A stretch of 64,000 nt of DNA from Acutalibacteraceae bacterium (GTDB lineage: Bacteria; Bacillota; Clostridia; Oscillospirales; Acutalibacteraceae): the NCBI GenBank assembly GCA_045531585.1, contig JAZSEH010000018.1, forward strand, positions 3,031-67,030. Direction: 5' to 3'. This document shows, one piece after another, positions 20,141 through 31,947 of the stretch. The notes under the pieces are model-generated. The model was not told the origin of the DNA. It was given only the letters and a program-made list of their open reading frames with translations, and made no database searches. The translations under genes were made by a program, and so were the position numbers. The first letter of the stretch is position 1; each line of letters opens with the position of its first letter.

Positions 20141-20707
20141 TTATTCATCTTCAAAAAAGTATATATCCGACATATTTTCAAAATCGCTATAGGTAAATTC
20201 GCCGCCCTCGGTTTGGGCAAGGTTTATAATACGTCTTCCCTTCTTGGTGGCGTAGCGCAAGGTTTGTGCGGTGCCGCCGGGGGTACCGTCAAAGAAGGTG
20301 AGAACTATATCACTGTTATCCACCATAAATTCATTACGCTTAAAGTAACAGCCCTTATAGTAGTGGTCGGATATAAGAACGGCCTCGTCGGCCTGCTGCA
20401 TAATATTTTCATACCGCTCCTGCCAGTGGGGGTCCCAGCCCTTTTGCTGTTCCTTAAAGGGCAGGCAGCATACAAGCTTTATTTTTTTATTTGACCTACC
20501 TTTAAGCAGTAGCACCAGCTCGGCAGCCAGAATATCAAAGCCCATTGCCATACCGGTATAAAAGGTCAGGCAATTTTCCTCAGGCAAAGAAAATATTTCC
20601 TTTATTAGTTTGTTTTCAAGGTCAAGGTACTCCTCCCCCTCACCAAAGGTGAATGGAAATTTGTTGGGACGGTAGCCTGTAAAGCAACAGGCAAGATTTT
20701 TGCTCAT
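20141..20707 (-). CDS. DUF1273 / YpsA-type SLOG family protein
   Basis: 188 aa from ATG 20707 (MSKNLACCFTGYRP...). Family motifs are CFTGYR, GMAMGFDILAAE and GGTAQTLRYA. GAGGAG lies upstream. The ORF-track N-terminal extension overlaps groEL out of frame. Confidence 0.8.
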   Translation of the reverse strand: MSKNLACCFTGYRPNKFPFTFGEGEEYLDLENKLIKEIFSLPEENCLTFYTGMAMGFDILAAELVLLLKGRSNKKIKLVCCLPFKEQQKGWDPHWQERYENIMQQADEAVLISDHYYKGCYFKRNEFMVDNSDIVLTFFDGTPGGTAQTLRYATKKGRRIINLAQTEGGEFTYSDFENMSDIYFFEDE

Positions 20708-20714
20708 ATAACTC

Positions 20715-20749
20715 CTCACAAGAAAATCAAGGGCGCAAACGCGCCCTTG
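20715..20749 (-). terminator. Hairpin between groEL and the SLOG gene (weak terminator/attenuator)
   Basis: 9-bp GC-rich stem caagggcgc / gcgcccttg (20728-20749) followed on the minus strand by attttctt, then directly by the SLOG gene RBS. Confidence 0.5.
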
Positions 20750-20759
20750 TAAATTTATT

Positions 20760-22412
<1,653 letters not shown>

Positions 22413-22418
22413 CTAAAA

Positions 22419-22797
<379 letters not shown>

Positions 22798-22825
22798 GTA
22801 CTTTTTATTATATTTAATAGTTTAT

Positions 22826-23758
22826 TTATATTTGCGCCGCAGTGGGTGTCTTGAACTTTTGTGCAAGAGTTGCGGGTATGATGAAATTAAGTGCTTTTTC
22901 CACTATTTCAAAGCGGATGCTTTTCATCCTTACTATTTCACCGTCAAAATTCACGGGAATAGGTTTATCAGACTCAATCTCCATAACCGAGCACTTACCC
23001 ATTTTGCAATATTTCTTGCCCTCCTGTGTTCCCTTTGAGTAGACCTTTAAAAAGGCCGGAACCTTGAAGCGGGACATAATATCTATTATGGTATATTCAA
23101 GCTTACCGTCAGTAGGGTCGGCGTGTGGTGCGCTGATATATCCGCCGCCGTATACCGGGCCATTGGCACACACTGCAAAAAGACAACGCACAACGCCCCT
23201 TGATACACCGTCTATTTTAAGCTTTACGGTAATGCCCAATTTCCTTAAAAAAGTTTTTACCACAGCCATATTATAGGCGGCAGGTCCCGAAACACCCGGC
23301 AGGCGTTTAAAAAGCACCATATCGTCAGCAACCATAGCATCCATTCCGACGGAGCACTGATTTATACAGTAGTTCTCCCCTGCCTTTATAAGGTCAATAC
23401 TTACGGGTGTGCCGTTAACCATACTATCTATATTAAGGAAGTGGGATTTATCACCGAAGTATTTAAGGAAATCATTGGCGGAGCCACAAGGAATAACACC
23501 GAAATGCACATTTTCGTGACCTACAACGCCGTTTACGGCCTCAAAGCAGGTGCCTTCACCGCCACAAGCAAATATTACTACCTCGTCACCAACGTCCGCC
23601 TCTGCCTTTGCAACGGTTTTGGCCTCACCCGGAGCGGAGGTCACAACTATTTTATACTCTGCCTTATTTTTGGCAAAGTATTCCTCAATAAGGGGGGTAA
23701 GCATTTCCACTCCCTTACCTTTACCTGCTGTAGGATTAATTATAAAAACGTAGCGCAT
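22826..23758 (-). CDS. Diacylglycerol/lipid kinase family protein (YegS/BmrU-like)
   Basis: MRYVFIINPTAGKGKG N-terminus and the GGEGT-type (ACGGEGT) motif of DAGK catalytic domains. Confidence 0.85.
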   Translation of the reverse strand: MRYVFIINPTAGKGKGVEMLTPLIEEYFAKNKAEYKIVVTSAPGEAKTVAKAEADVGDEVVIFACGGEGTCFEAVNGVVGHENVHFGVIPCGSANDFLKYFGDKSHFLNIDSMVNGTPVSIDLIKAGENYCINQCSVGMDAMVADDMVLFKRLPGVSGPAAYNMAVVKTFLRKLGITVKLKIDGVSRGVVRCLFAVCANGPVYGGGYISAPHADPTDGKLEYTIIDIMSRFKVPAFLKVYSKGTQEGKKYCKMGKCSVMEIESDKPIPVNFDGEIVRMKSIRFEIVEKALNFIIPATLAQKFKTPTAAQI

Positions 23759-24892
23759 TTATTTGTTCTCCTTATTTTTAAAATACATATATGCCTGACA
23801 TTTAATCATTCCGTTATAAAGCTTCCGGCGCTTATCTGCGGTATCGCCAAAGAATTTTTCAAACTCATCATGGGGACTGATTATGCAGTACTTTTGTCCC
23901 TGACCGCGGGTAAAGCGCTGACCCATTGTTTTGTAAAGCTCCTCCGCGGCACGCACGTCAAGAAGGCGCTCTCCGTAAGGAGGATTTGTAACGGTGAGGC
24001 AACGCTGTGCAGGAGGGGAAAAGTCCTTAATATCGGCAACCCTTACGTCGATATAGTTTTTTACTCCTGCCTTGGCGGCGTTAGCAAGAGTAAGCTCCAC
24101 ACAGGCAGGGTCTATATCAGAACCATAGGCCTTAAAGTCAATACCGTGGAGTATTAAATCCTGTGCACGCATTCTTTCCTGCTGCCACACCTTATCGGGA
24201 ATGGCGCCAAAACGTTCTGCCGCAAAAAAGCGGCGAAGTCCCGGAGCAATTTTAGCCGCCATCATAGCCGATTCAATAAGTATTGTACCCGAACCGCAAA
24301 AGGGGTCAAACAGCAGGGTATCGGGGAAAATACGGGATAAATCGCACATAGCCGCGGCAAGGGTTTCCTTAAGGGGGGCGGCATTGGAGTTTCTCCTGTA
24401 ACCACGCTTATGAAGTGCATCACCTGATGTGTCTATCATAAGGGTAGCGGTATCCTTCATAATGGAGAATTTAATTTTATATTCAGGGCCTGTTTCGTTA
24501 AACCAGGAAATATTATATTTTGATTTAAGCCGCTCAACAACAGCCTTTTTAATTATGGACTGGCAGTCGGGTATGCTGAAAAGGGCTGAGTTAATGCTGT
24601 AGCCCGTAACGGGAAAAGCGTCCTCCCTACCGATAAAATCCTCCCAAGGCAGAGCCTTAACACCATCAAAAAGTTGGGTAAATGAGGTAGCCTTAAACTC
24701 ACCCATATTTATTAAAATACGCTCACAAAAGCGGGAGTTTATATTGGCGCGGGCCAGCATATTAAAGTCACCCTCAAGGAGCACACGACCGTTTTCAGCC
24801 TCAACCTTTTCAAAGCCCATTCGGCGGAATTCGTCAGCGGCAATACCCTCTATGCCCAAAAGGCAGGGCGCCACCATTTTAATATTGGTCAT
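23759..24892 (-). CDS. THUMP domain-containing class I SAM-dependent RNA methyltransferase (RlmL/YpsC-like)
   Basis: N-terminal THUMP region, FDPFCGSGTILIE SAM-binding motif I and the catalytic motif NPPYGERL. Confidence 0.85.
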   Translation of the reverse strand: MTNIKMVAPCLLGIEGIAADEFRRMGFEKVEAENGRVLLEGDFNMLARANINSRFCERILINMGEFKATSFTQLFDGVKALPWEDFIGREDAFPVTGYSINSALFSIPDCQSIIKKAVVERLKSKYNISWFNETGPEYKIKFSIMKDTATLMIDTSGDALHKRGYRRNSNAAPLKETLAAAMCDLSRIFPDTLLFDPFCGSGTILIESAMMAAKIAPGLRRFFAAERFGAIPDKVWQQERMRAQDLILHGIDFKAYGSDIDPACVELTLANAAKAGVKNYIDVRVADIKDFSPPAQRCLTVTNPPYGERLLDVRAAEELYKTMGQRFTRGQGQKYCIISPHDEFEKFFGDTADKRRKLYNGMIKCQAYMYFKNKENK

Positions 24893-24898
24893 TAAAAA

Positions 24899-25744
24899 TT
24901 ACACTATCCTTACTGTTTTATGTCTTGTTATATGACAGCCTATATTCACCGCTACGGGAAGTCCCGCAATGTGGGTTGGTGCCGTTTCTATGTTTACCGC
25001 AAGGGCGGTGGTAGCACCGCCAAAGCCCTGAGGGCCAATACCGAGTTGATTTATTTTACCGAGAAGCTCAGCCTCAAGCCTTGCGTAGTACTCATCTTCA
25101 TTTCTTTTGGTTATATCTCTGCATAAAGCCCGTTTTGAGAGGAGAGCGCACTGCTCAAAATCTCCGCCGATACCTACCCCCACAACAATGGGAGGACAAG
25201 GGTTGTTCCCTGCTTTTTTTACACAGTCAAGAACGCTTGCTATAACTCCGTCACGCCCGTCAAAGGGAGTAAGCATATAAACACGGCTCATATTCTCACT
25301 GCCAAAGCCCTTGGGGGCTACGGTTATCTCCACTTCCTCACCGGGTACTATATCGGTATGTATAACGGCAGGGGTATTATCCCCTGTGTTGGCTCTGTTC
25401 AGCGGGTCGCCCACGACGGATTTCCTAAGCAGGCCCTTATCATAGCCAATGCGAACACCCTCATTTACAGCCTTATACAGGTCGCCCCCCGTAAAATGCA
25501 CGTCCTGTCCGATTTTAAGGAACACAACCGCCATACCCGTATCCTGACAGACGGGAACGTCCAACTGTTTTGCCACGGCGTTGTTGCGGTCAATATCCAG
25601 AAGTATTTCCTTGGCAAGGGGATTTGTTTCGTTACAGGCGGCGCATTTTACCGCCTGAACAACGTCACACGGCAGGACCTTATTAGCATCAATACAAAGC
25701 TGTGCCACAGCCTGGGTTATGCGGGAAACTTCAATTTCTTTCAT
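24899..25744 (-). CDS. Fe-S type hydro-lyase alpha subunit (class I fumarate hydratase / L(+)-tartrate dehydratase alpha)
   Basis: 281 aa with the [10 protein letters not shown] and GIGPQGFGG motifs of the Fumerase N-terminal domain family. Confidence 0.85.
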   Translation of the reverse strand: MKEIEVSRITQAVAQLCIDANKVLPCDVVQAVKCAACNETNPLAKEILLDIDRNNAVAKQLDVPVCQDTGMAVVFLKIGQDVHFTGGDLYKAVNEGVRIGYDKGLLRKSVVGDPLNRANTGDNTPAVIHTDIVPGEEVEITVAPKGFGSENMSRVYMLTPFDGRDGVIASVLDCVKKAGNNPCPPIVVGVGIGGDFEQCALLSKRALCRDITKRNEDEYYARLEAELLGKINQLGIGPQGFGGATTALAVNIETAPTHIAGLPVAVNIGCHITRHKTVRIV

Positions 25745-25754
25745 TTCTTTTCCT

Positions 25755-25819
25755 TCTAAAAATAAACGGCAGACTTTGCTTTGAGGACGCCCTTATGGGG
25801 CGCCTCGATAGGTCTGCCG
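25755..25819 (-). terminator. Terminator after the S1-domain gene
   Basis: Long interrupted stem (cggcagac...gtctgccg, with an inner gagg-cgccc/gggcg-cctc helix) followed on the minus strand by tttattttt. Confidence 0.55.
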
Positions 25820-25831
25820 CGTTTAGTTTTT

Positions 25832-26281
25832 TTATTTTACGCCCGCGCCGCGCTTGGTGCGCTTGACCTCGGGATTTTTGCGTTTAAGATCAGAAAACTT
25901 TTCGTCACTTGTTTGCTTGAATTTGTTCATCATATCCTCAAAGGAGGCAGGCTCACTCTTCCGTGGAGTCCATGTATAGGAGCTGTCTATTTTGTTTTCT
26001 CCCTGAACATTCTGACGACGGGGTGCACGCTCAGACTTTTTATCATTTTCCATTGCGCGCTTAATGCTGAGGCTTATCTTACCGTTATCTCCGATACTCA
26101 GCACCTTCATTTTAACGGTGTCGCCTTCTTTAACGTGCTCTTTGATGTCACTTACATAGGTCTGTGCCACCTCAGAAATATGTACCATACCGGTTTTCCC
26201 CTCACCAAGGTCAACGAAAACGCCGAAATTGGTGATACCGGTTATCTTACCTTCAATTAACTGTCCTACCTCAAGTTGCAT
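25832..26281 (-). CDS. S1 RNA-binding domain protein (YabR-like)
   Basis: S1 fold signature GKITGITNFGVFVDLGEGKTGMVHISE followed by a basic tail. Sits where yabR sits relative to divIC. Confidence 0.85.
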   Translation of the reverse strand: MQLEVGQLIEGKITGITNFGVFVDLGEGKTGMVHISEVAQTYVSDIKEHVKEGDTVKMKVLSIGDNGKISLSIKRAMENDKKSERAPRRQNVQGENKIDSSYTWTPRKSEPASFEDMMNKFKQTSDEKFSDLKRKNPEVKRTKRGAGVK

Positions 26282-26323
26282 AAGTGAAAAGCTTCCTCCC
26301 TCAGGAAAATTGTATACCGCCGG

Positions 26324-26611
26324 TTAGTTTCCGGAAATATCTATGTATACCTGTTCATCGGCATAAACATAACCAAGTCTCTCTCTTGCCGCTTTTTCTA
26401 TGATTTTAGCATCGTCGCTGCTATCCAGCAGATTCATAAGCTCATTTATCTGCATAGCCTTTTCATCACGCTGGGCCTGCAGGGCTTCAAGAGAGTTACG
26501 GTCCTTAATAAGGTCACGCCAAAGTCCGCAAAGTGTAACCACCATATAAACGCAAACGCACAGAACAAGCAAACGAAGCACTATACTTTTTTTCTGTTTT
26601 TTTGCCGCCAC
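26324..26611 (-). CDS. divIC: Septum formation initiator family protein (DivIC/FtsB)
   Basis: 95 aa: basic N-terminus, one TM helix and a coiled coil (LEALQAQRDEKAMQINEL). GTG start with AAGGAG 9 nt upstream. Confidence 0.8.
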   Translation of the reverse strand: MAAKKQKKSIVLRLLVLCVCVYMVVTLCGLWRDLIKDRNSLEALQAQRDEKAMQINELMNLLDSSDDAKIIEKAARERLGYVYADEQVYIDISGN

Positions 26612-26617
26612 AGGTGT

Positions 26618-27118
26618 TCACTCCTTTAAACTTACTTCTGTGTTAGTATACACTACTTTGCCCCTATGTTTCAAGCCTTTTTTTAATAAAAAAAGGATTT
26701 TTTTCAAGGCTTTTGCAAAAAAGACAAAAATTCTTAAAAAAAAGCCACAAATCAGGTTATAAAAACTGCGAAATGCAGTTTTTGCAGCTGTATAGCCACG
26801 TAGAAACATCCTAAAAAGATAGCTTAGAAAAGCAAAGAAAAGGTGGGATATGGTAAGGCGCGTAAATACTGCACCAATGGTTATTCCAACAAAGACAAAG
26901 CCACGGAGCATTCCTGCGGTAACGGCAAGGAGAAAACAAAAGGTAATAAAGGCGGCAAATACAGAAAATAGTATATCCTGAAAAAATACCGCTATATTTC
27001 CAAAGGTGCGAACACTTCTTAAGCTACGCAGAACGTCATAGCAAAGACAAAGCACCGCACCCAGCGCACAGGACAGCAGAAAGGCCAGGGACTGGTCCTT
27101 AACACTTATTTCCCACAT
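26618..27118 (-). CDS. yabQ: Spore cortex biosynthesis protein YabQ-like membrane protein
   Basis: Multi-TM protein directly downstream of, and overlapping, yabP, as in Bacillus and Clostridium. Confidence 0.7.
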   Translation of the reverse strand: MWEISVKDQSLAFLLSCALGAVLCLCYDVLRSLRSVRTFGNIAVFFQDILFSVFAAFITFCFLLAVTAGMLRGFVFVGITIGAVFTRLTISHLFFAFLSYLFRMFLRGYTAAKTAFRSFYNLICGFFLRIFVFFAKALKKILFLLKKGLKHRGKVVYTNTEVSLKE

Positions 27119-27393
27119 TAGCGGAAAAGCTTTGAAAGAAAGCCACCGCTTCTTTCCTTATCTGTGGTATACACAAGGGCATATATACTACCGTCAAGAA
27201 GCATATCTCCTGTTTCGGTATTAAAACGGGTTATATGCAATTGCTCCCCACGTATGGTAAGCTGTCCAAGGCAGGTTTGAACACAGACCTCGTTCTCATC
27301 AAAATTATTGACCTTTGCTACGCCGCTTAAATCCAGCTTTTTTCTGTTTTCCATTATAAGATTATGGGTTTTATCTGTTATTTCACCCGACAT
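27118..27393 (-). CDS. yabP: Sporulation protein YabP
   Basis: 91 aa with the YabP/YqfC fold pattern (LDLSGV..V..FDE.EV...T..G.L.I.GE.LHI). Confidence 0.85.
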   Translation of the reverse strand: MSGEITDKTHNLIMENRKKLDLSGVAKVNNFDENEVCVQTCLGQLTIRGEQLHITRFNTETGDMLLDGSIYALVYTTDKERSGGFLSKLFR

Positions 27394-27434
27394 AAAAAAT
27401 CACCCCATACCAATATATTGGCACAGGGCAAGGT

Positions 27435-27677
27435 TTATTCAATTATTCTGTAGAGGGCGGCGGCATCATCCTTACGGACAACCTCGCTTACCTCGGTTAT
27501 TTCAAATCGTACCGTACGGGTACCGAAGGTTATTTCAACCACGTCACCCACCTTAACGTCATAGGAGGCACGGGCCACCTTGCCGTTAACGGTAACACGA
27601 CCTGCATCGCAGGCTTCGTTGGCAACGGTGCGCCGCTTAATTACACGGGACACCTTTAAATATTTATCAAGACGCAT
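27435..27677 (-). CDS. RNA-binding S4 domain protein (YabO/Hsp15-like)
   Basis: MRLDKYLKVSRVIKRRTVANEACDAGRVTVNGK is a canonical S4 domain. Confidence 0.88.
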   Translation of the reverse strand: MRLDKYLKVSRVIKRRTVANEACDAGRVTVNGKVARASYDVKVGDVVEITFGTRTVRFEITEVSEVVRKDDAAALYRIIE

Positions 27678-27745
27678 AAAAACATTTCCTCTTTAAAAAA
27701 TAAAGCCGCCCAATACGGACGGCTTTAAATTATGCTTTACAAAAC

Positions 27746-28021
27746 TTATTTTGCAACGGCATCCTTGAAAGCCTTACCGGCCTTGAAAACAGGAGCCTTG
27801 GAAGCAGCGATCTTAACGGTCTCCTTAGTTCTGGGGTTGATACCGGTTCTTGCAGCACGCTCACGAACCTCAAAAGTACCAAAGCCTACGAGCTGAATCT
27901 TGTCGCCCTTAACCATTGCTTCTTCAACAGTGTCGATGAAAGCAGCGAGAGCCTTCTCAGCATCCTTTACCTGAATTCCTGCCTTACCGGCGATTGCAGC
28001 AACTAATTCTTTTTTGTTCAT
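27746..28021 (-). CDS. hup: HU family DNA-binding protein
   Basis: 91 aa starting MNKKELVAAIAGKAG at ATG 28021, with GFGTFEVRERAARTGINPRT. GGAGG lies upstream. Confidence 0.94.
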   Translation of the reverse strand: MNKKELVAAIAGKAGIQVKDAEKALAAFIDTVEEAMVKGDKIQLVGFGTFEVRERAARTGINPRTKETVKIAASKAPVFKAGKAFKDAVAK

Positions 28022-28136
28022 TGTCTTTATACCTCCATTATTTTTTGAGTATCGGTAACAAAAAACCCGATGCATTATTGCGATTTACCAAATCGTACAT
28101 ACTAAATTTACCATATTCTTTTGAAAAAATCAATAG

Positions 28137-28165
28137 ATTATATGCAATTTTCCGTAAAAAGTCAA
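28137..28165 (-). promoter_or_regulatory. Candidate sigma-A promoter of hup
   Basis: On the minus strand: TTGACT (28165-28160), 17 nt spacer, TATAAT (28142-28137). Confidence 0.55.
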
Positions 28166-28200
28166 AAATACGGCAAATTTACTTGAAATTACCACTGTTT

Positions 28201-29871
28201 TTAGTGAATAATATGCAATCTTTCAAGGACTTTGGCAATTTTTTCACCCTTAGGAAAGGCCATAACATCCTGCTTATCTATGGCTCTAAGGAGTACAAGC
28301 GCCACAAAATACACGATTACTGCCACCAAAACAGCCAAAATTGTGTAGAATCTCGAGTCACCCAAAAGAGCGGTAACGCCATAGGCGGCAGCACCGCAAA
28401 GCAAAGCAGCTATAGAGGGCTTTAGTATACTTGTAATTAAATCGGGCACCGTTTTGGTAAAGATTATAAGACAAATTAAATTTGCAATAGCGATATATAC
28501 ATAACAGCACAGGGTGCCTATTGCAGAGCCTAAAATATTAATATCACCATTACTTACCAATATATAATTCACTACTATTTTAACAACTGCTCCAATAGCA
28601 ATATTTATAACAGGGACAATTTGTTTTCCTATTGCCTGAAGCATATTTGTAAGGGGCATTGCTATACCTGAAAATACAGCCGCAAGGCCAAATACGGTAA
28701 GCATTGGGCCGCCTATCTCAATAGCCTCCCTGCTACCGTAAACAAGGCCCATAATGGGGGTGCCCAAAAAGGCAAGTCCCAAACCTGCAGGCAGAGCGAT
28801 AAGGCTTGTAAACTTTATCATACTGCTCATATTACGCTTAACTTCGGGCATATCACGGTTGGTCCAGGAGGTAGCAAGAACAGGCAAAGCACTAACACCC
28901 ATAACCGATGTTATTGTGGGAACAAGGTTAAACAAAGTAAAGGCCTGTCCCCTTACGCCATACAGGTAATTGGCAACGTCAGCAGAGGTTTCAACATTTT
29001 CAGATATGATGGTGGAATAAAGAGAACGAATATACTCTGCATCCTTGGCGATAAGACCCTTAACCATTGTAACATCTACAAGGGAGGCCACGTTTTGCGC
29101 CAAAGAACCCAGGGCAATGGGGATGGCTATTGTAACAAGTATTTTAAGGGTTGCCCCACCGGATATAGCATTGGGAGAGGCTGAATATTCCTCATCACTA
29201 ATAAGACCCTTATCTCTTTTGAATTTTATTATGAGATAAAGCGCTCCAAGGGCGGTACCCACGGTTATACCCAGCATTGCGCCTGCTGCGGCATAGGAGG
29301 CGGTTTCGGCAGAGTTATCTCCCCTGACGGCGATAACTATACCTGCAAAGCCAAGACCTAAAGCAAGCTTACCCAGGGCTTCTATAATATTAGAAACTGC
29401 GGTGGGTGTCATATTGCGCATACCCTCATAGTATCCGCGATACACTGACATTACACAGCAAAACAGTATTGACGGAGCAATTACAAGAATTGCGGGGAGA
29501 GTTCGCCCATCACCTGTTACCATAAAGGAAAGGTAGGTAACCGCCGCCATTATTACAAAACCCGCAAGGCCCGTTACAAGAAATGAAATCCTTGAAATAC
29601 GCAGGGTTTGTTTTACGTCATTAAATCGCTTTTTTGCCACATTTTCTGCAACCATACGGGAAATAGCAATGGGGAGTCCAGCCATTGCAAGGGAATAAAT
29701 AGGCAAAAAAATATCATAGGCCGAGGAAAAATAGCCAAAGCCCAAAGTTCCTATAAGGCTGTTTAACGGTATTTTAAAAACTGCACCGATAACCTTTACA
29801 AGCAGCGTAGCGATGACAAGTATCGTAGCTCCATATTCAAAGCTTTGGTGTTTTCTTTTGTTTTGTTCCAT
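28201..29871 (-). CDS. MOP-superfamily polysaccharide biosynthesis/flippase protein (YabM / SpoVB / MurJ-like)
   Basis: 556 aa with about 14 TM segments. Sits in the yabM position of the yabM...yabO-yabP-yabQ-divIC-yabR block. Confidence 0.8.
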   Translation of the reverse strand: MEQNKRKHQSFEYGATILVIATLLVKVIGAVFKIPLNSLIGTLGFGYFSSAYDIFLPIYSLAMAGLPIAISRMVAENVAKKRFNDVKQTLRISRISFLVTGLAGFVIMAAVTYLSFMVTGDGRTLPAILVIAPSILFCCVMSVYRGYYEGMRNMTPTAVSNIIEALGKLALGLGFAGIVIAVRGDNSAETASYAAAGAMLGITVGTALGALYLIIKFKRDKGLISDEEYSASPNAISGGATLKILVTIAIPIALGSLAQNVASLVDVTMVKGLIAKDAEYIRSLYSTIISENVETSADVANYLYGVRGQAFTLFNLVPTITSVMGVSALPVLATSWTNRDMPEVKRNMSSMIKFTSLIALPAGLGLAFLGTPIMGLVYGSREAIEIGGPMLTVFGLAAVFSGIAMPLTNMLQAIGKQIVPVINIAIGAVVKIVVNYILVSNGDINILGSAIGTLCCYVYIAIANLICLIIFTKTVPDLITSILKPSIAALLCGAAAYGVTALLGDSRFYTILAVLVAVIVYFVALVLLRAIDKQDVMAFPKGEKIAKVLERLHIIH

Positions 29872-29873
29872 AT

Positions 29874-30566
29874 TTACTCCTTAATTTTGTCAATAACCTG
29901 AAGTATGGCTTGTGACAATGAAACGTTTCCGTATGTATTCATATCTCTATAGCTTTCGCCTGCATTTTCACCTGCATCATCGGATATTTTACGGAGTGCA
30001 ACAAAGGGTATGCCCGCACTGCGGCATATATCGGCAATCGCCGCCGTTTCCATATCACAGGCAATGGCACAGTAATTATCCCTAAGGCTATCCCTTAAGG
30101 CGGCGTTGCTTACAAAGCAGTCGCCTGTGGCAAGAGTACCCTCCTTAATACCCGGTAGCACCTGCTCAAAAAGCGCACAAAGGCCCGCATCGGCCTTGAG
30201 AACGGCATCCTGACCGGGCTTTTGGCAGGGGGCATAGCCAAGACCCGTAAGGTCAAAATCGTGCTCCAAAAAGGCGTTACCCAAAACAGTCTCGCCACGG
30301 GTAACCCCTGATATACCACCTGAAAGGCCAAAGTTAAGAATGGCCTCGCAGCCGCTCATTATAAGTGCGGCGGTACCTGCGGCAGCATTGGCTTTACCTA
30401 CGCCGCAATAGAGGGAGTAAACCGTAACACCGCCAAAGGTGTATGTATGACCCGTTTTACCAAGCAGGGTTATAGGTTGGGGGTCGTACTTTTGTATATC
30501 CTTTAAAAAAGGAGCGTATTCCCCGTCATCAGCGATAATTACGCCCACAGTTTTATACATACTCAT
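29874..30566 (-). CDS. mtnN: 5'-methylthioadenosine/S-adenosylhomocysteine nucleosidase (PNP_UDP_1 family)
   Basis: 230 aa. GVGKANAAAGTAALI and CDMETAAIA motifs of MTA/SAH nucleosidases. Confidence 0.78.
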   Translation of the reverse strand: MSMYKTVGVIIADDGEYAPFLKDIQKYDPQPITLLGKTGHTYTFGGVTVYSLYCGVGKANAAAGTAALIMSGCEAILNFGLSGGISGVTRGETVLGNAFLEHDFDLTGLGYAPCQKPGQDAVLKADAGLCALFEQVLPGIKEGTLATGDCFVSNAALRDSLRDNYCAIACDMETAAIADICRSAGIPFVALRKISDDAGENAGESYRDMNTYGNVSLSQAILQVIDKIKE

Positions 30567-30583
30567 ATTTAATCACTCCGAAT

Positions 30584-30608
30584 AAAAGCGGCATTCCATG
30601 CCGCTTTT
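30584..30608 (-). terminator. Terminator after the zinc-ribbon gene
   Basis: Stem aaaagcggcat / atgccgctttt with a 3-nt loop; U-tract on both strands. Confidence 0.65.
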
Positions 30609-30611
30609 AGA

Positions 30612-30977
30612 TTATTCTTCAATAATAAGTTTTTCTCCGCAGAAGTTGCAGAAAACAGATATTTTCTCAATGGACTGACCGCAGTTTGGGCAGATACGCT
30701 TATTGCGCATTTCGGCAAGGGCGGCGCGAGCCTCATCAATATCGTTTGACATTTTATCTATAACGGCAATGATACCTGCCATTTCTTCATTTTCGGTATC
30801 CTTCATTTCCTTGTAGCAGGCCTTACCAAGCTTTGCATAGGCTTTTTCCCTTTTAGCCTCCATGGAAGCAATATCAAACCGCTGTTTGGAAACCGAAACG
30901 GCCTCCCCTGTTTTTTTACAGGCTACGTCAAAAACTTCCTTTGCCTTATCAAGGGCGGTATCTAAAAACTCACTCAT
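30612..30977 (-). CDS. Zinc-ribbon domain protein with N-terminal coiled coil
   Basis: C-terminal CPNCG...N12...CNFCG double CxxC knuckle. The rest is helical and charged. Confidence 0.6.
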   Translation of the reverse strand: MSEFLDTALDKAKEVFDVACKKTGEAVSVSKQRFDIASMEAKREKAYAKLGKACYKEMKDTENEEMAGIIAVIDKMSNDIDEARAALAEMRNKRICPNCGQSIEKISVFCNFCGEKLIIEE

Positions 30978-31023
30978 ATTTTCATTCTCCTTTACAGGTT
31001 TGCTTTATTTTACCACATAATTA

Positions 31024-31947
31024 TTATTTTTTCAAGCCGATAAACTCTCTTATAAGGGAGTTTTCGGGAATAACGCTTGTTGGGACGGGTGCAAAGTTCT
31101 CTGCCCCGCGGACAGTTTTCATAAAATAATCGTAGTTTTCATAGGTTAAATCGGCTCCCTGAGCCATTTTAAGAAACCGCTCACGGTACACCCCCACCTC
31201 ATAGGCGTGGAGTGTGGCAAGAACTATATCTGCCTGATCCTTATAGGCGTAAAGATATTTTTCCTCTGCTCGGACAACTCCTGTCCAAAAATGGAGGGTA
31301 CGCTTTATATCGGAATTACGGAATATTTCATCCCTCAGGGCACGGCGCATAAGGCGAATTTGACGGCTGGAAAGGATTTTTTCTCCCTTTTCGTTATAAA
31401 TCCCCTCACTTACGCTGATATATATTTTCAGAATATTATCCTGCCCTAAATGCTCGGTAACTTTGGGATTAAGGGCGTGAAGCCCCTCCACAATGGCTAT
31501 ACCGCCGTTTGTAATATCAACGGTATTGGTTTTATCGCTCCGTGCGCTTTTAGTAAAATCAAACACGGGAGTGCAGGTTTTCCCATCTTCAATAAGCTCA
31601 CCAAGACAGTTTTCCAGCAACGGCAAATCTAAAGCATTTACGCTTTCGGTATCCTTCCTGCCGTCAGGCAAAAGGGGTGCATCCTGTGCGCTTAAATAAA
31701 AATCGTCAAGGGAAACAACACTACTGCTTTTACCAAGGTCCAAAAGGGCGGCACGCAGCAGATTGGCAGTGGTGGTTTTTCCGCTGCCCGAAGGCCCTGC
31801 AATAAGAACTATTTTAACCTTTTCGTTATTGGCAACCCTTTGGGCGGTAGAGTTTATTATATTGTGGTATTTTCGCTCCTCCATATCCACAAACTGTTGA
31901 AGGGAGCTTGTTACCAGGTTATTTATCTGTAACAGGGTATTTTTCAT
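31024..31947 (-). CDS. Uridine kinase-like / nucleoside kinase family P-loop protein
   Basis: Walker A GPSGSGKTTT and a PRK/uridine kinase-like core. As drawn the start overlaps hemZ by 29 nt, so it is uncertain; the alternative is ATG 31884. Confidence 0.7.
   Translation of the reverse strand: MKNTLLQINNLVTSSLQQFVDMEERKYHNIINSTAQRVANNEKVKIVLIAGPSGSGKTTTANLLRAALLDLGKSSSVVSLDDFYLSAQDAPLLPDGRKDTESVNALDLPLLENCLGELIEDGKTCTPVFDFTKSARSDKTNTVDITNGGIAIVEGLHALNPKVTEHLGQDNILKIYISVSEGIYNEKGEKILSSRQIRLMRRALRDEIFRNSDIKRTLHFWTGVVRAEEKYLYAYKDQADIVLATLHAYEVGVYRERFLKMAQGADLTYENYDYFMKTVRGAENFAPVPTSVIPENSLIREFIGLKK

Noticed and set aside
23441-24157. A 238-aa plus-strand ORF spans the lipid kinase / methyltransferase junction.
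   Set aside because: It is antisense to two well-supported genes and has low-complexity, motif-free translation. The same explanation applies to 14411..15052 (antisense to aroA), 43650..44387 (antisense to DUF4091), 56227..56928 (antisense to rny), 41381..41893 and 52731..53282.
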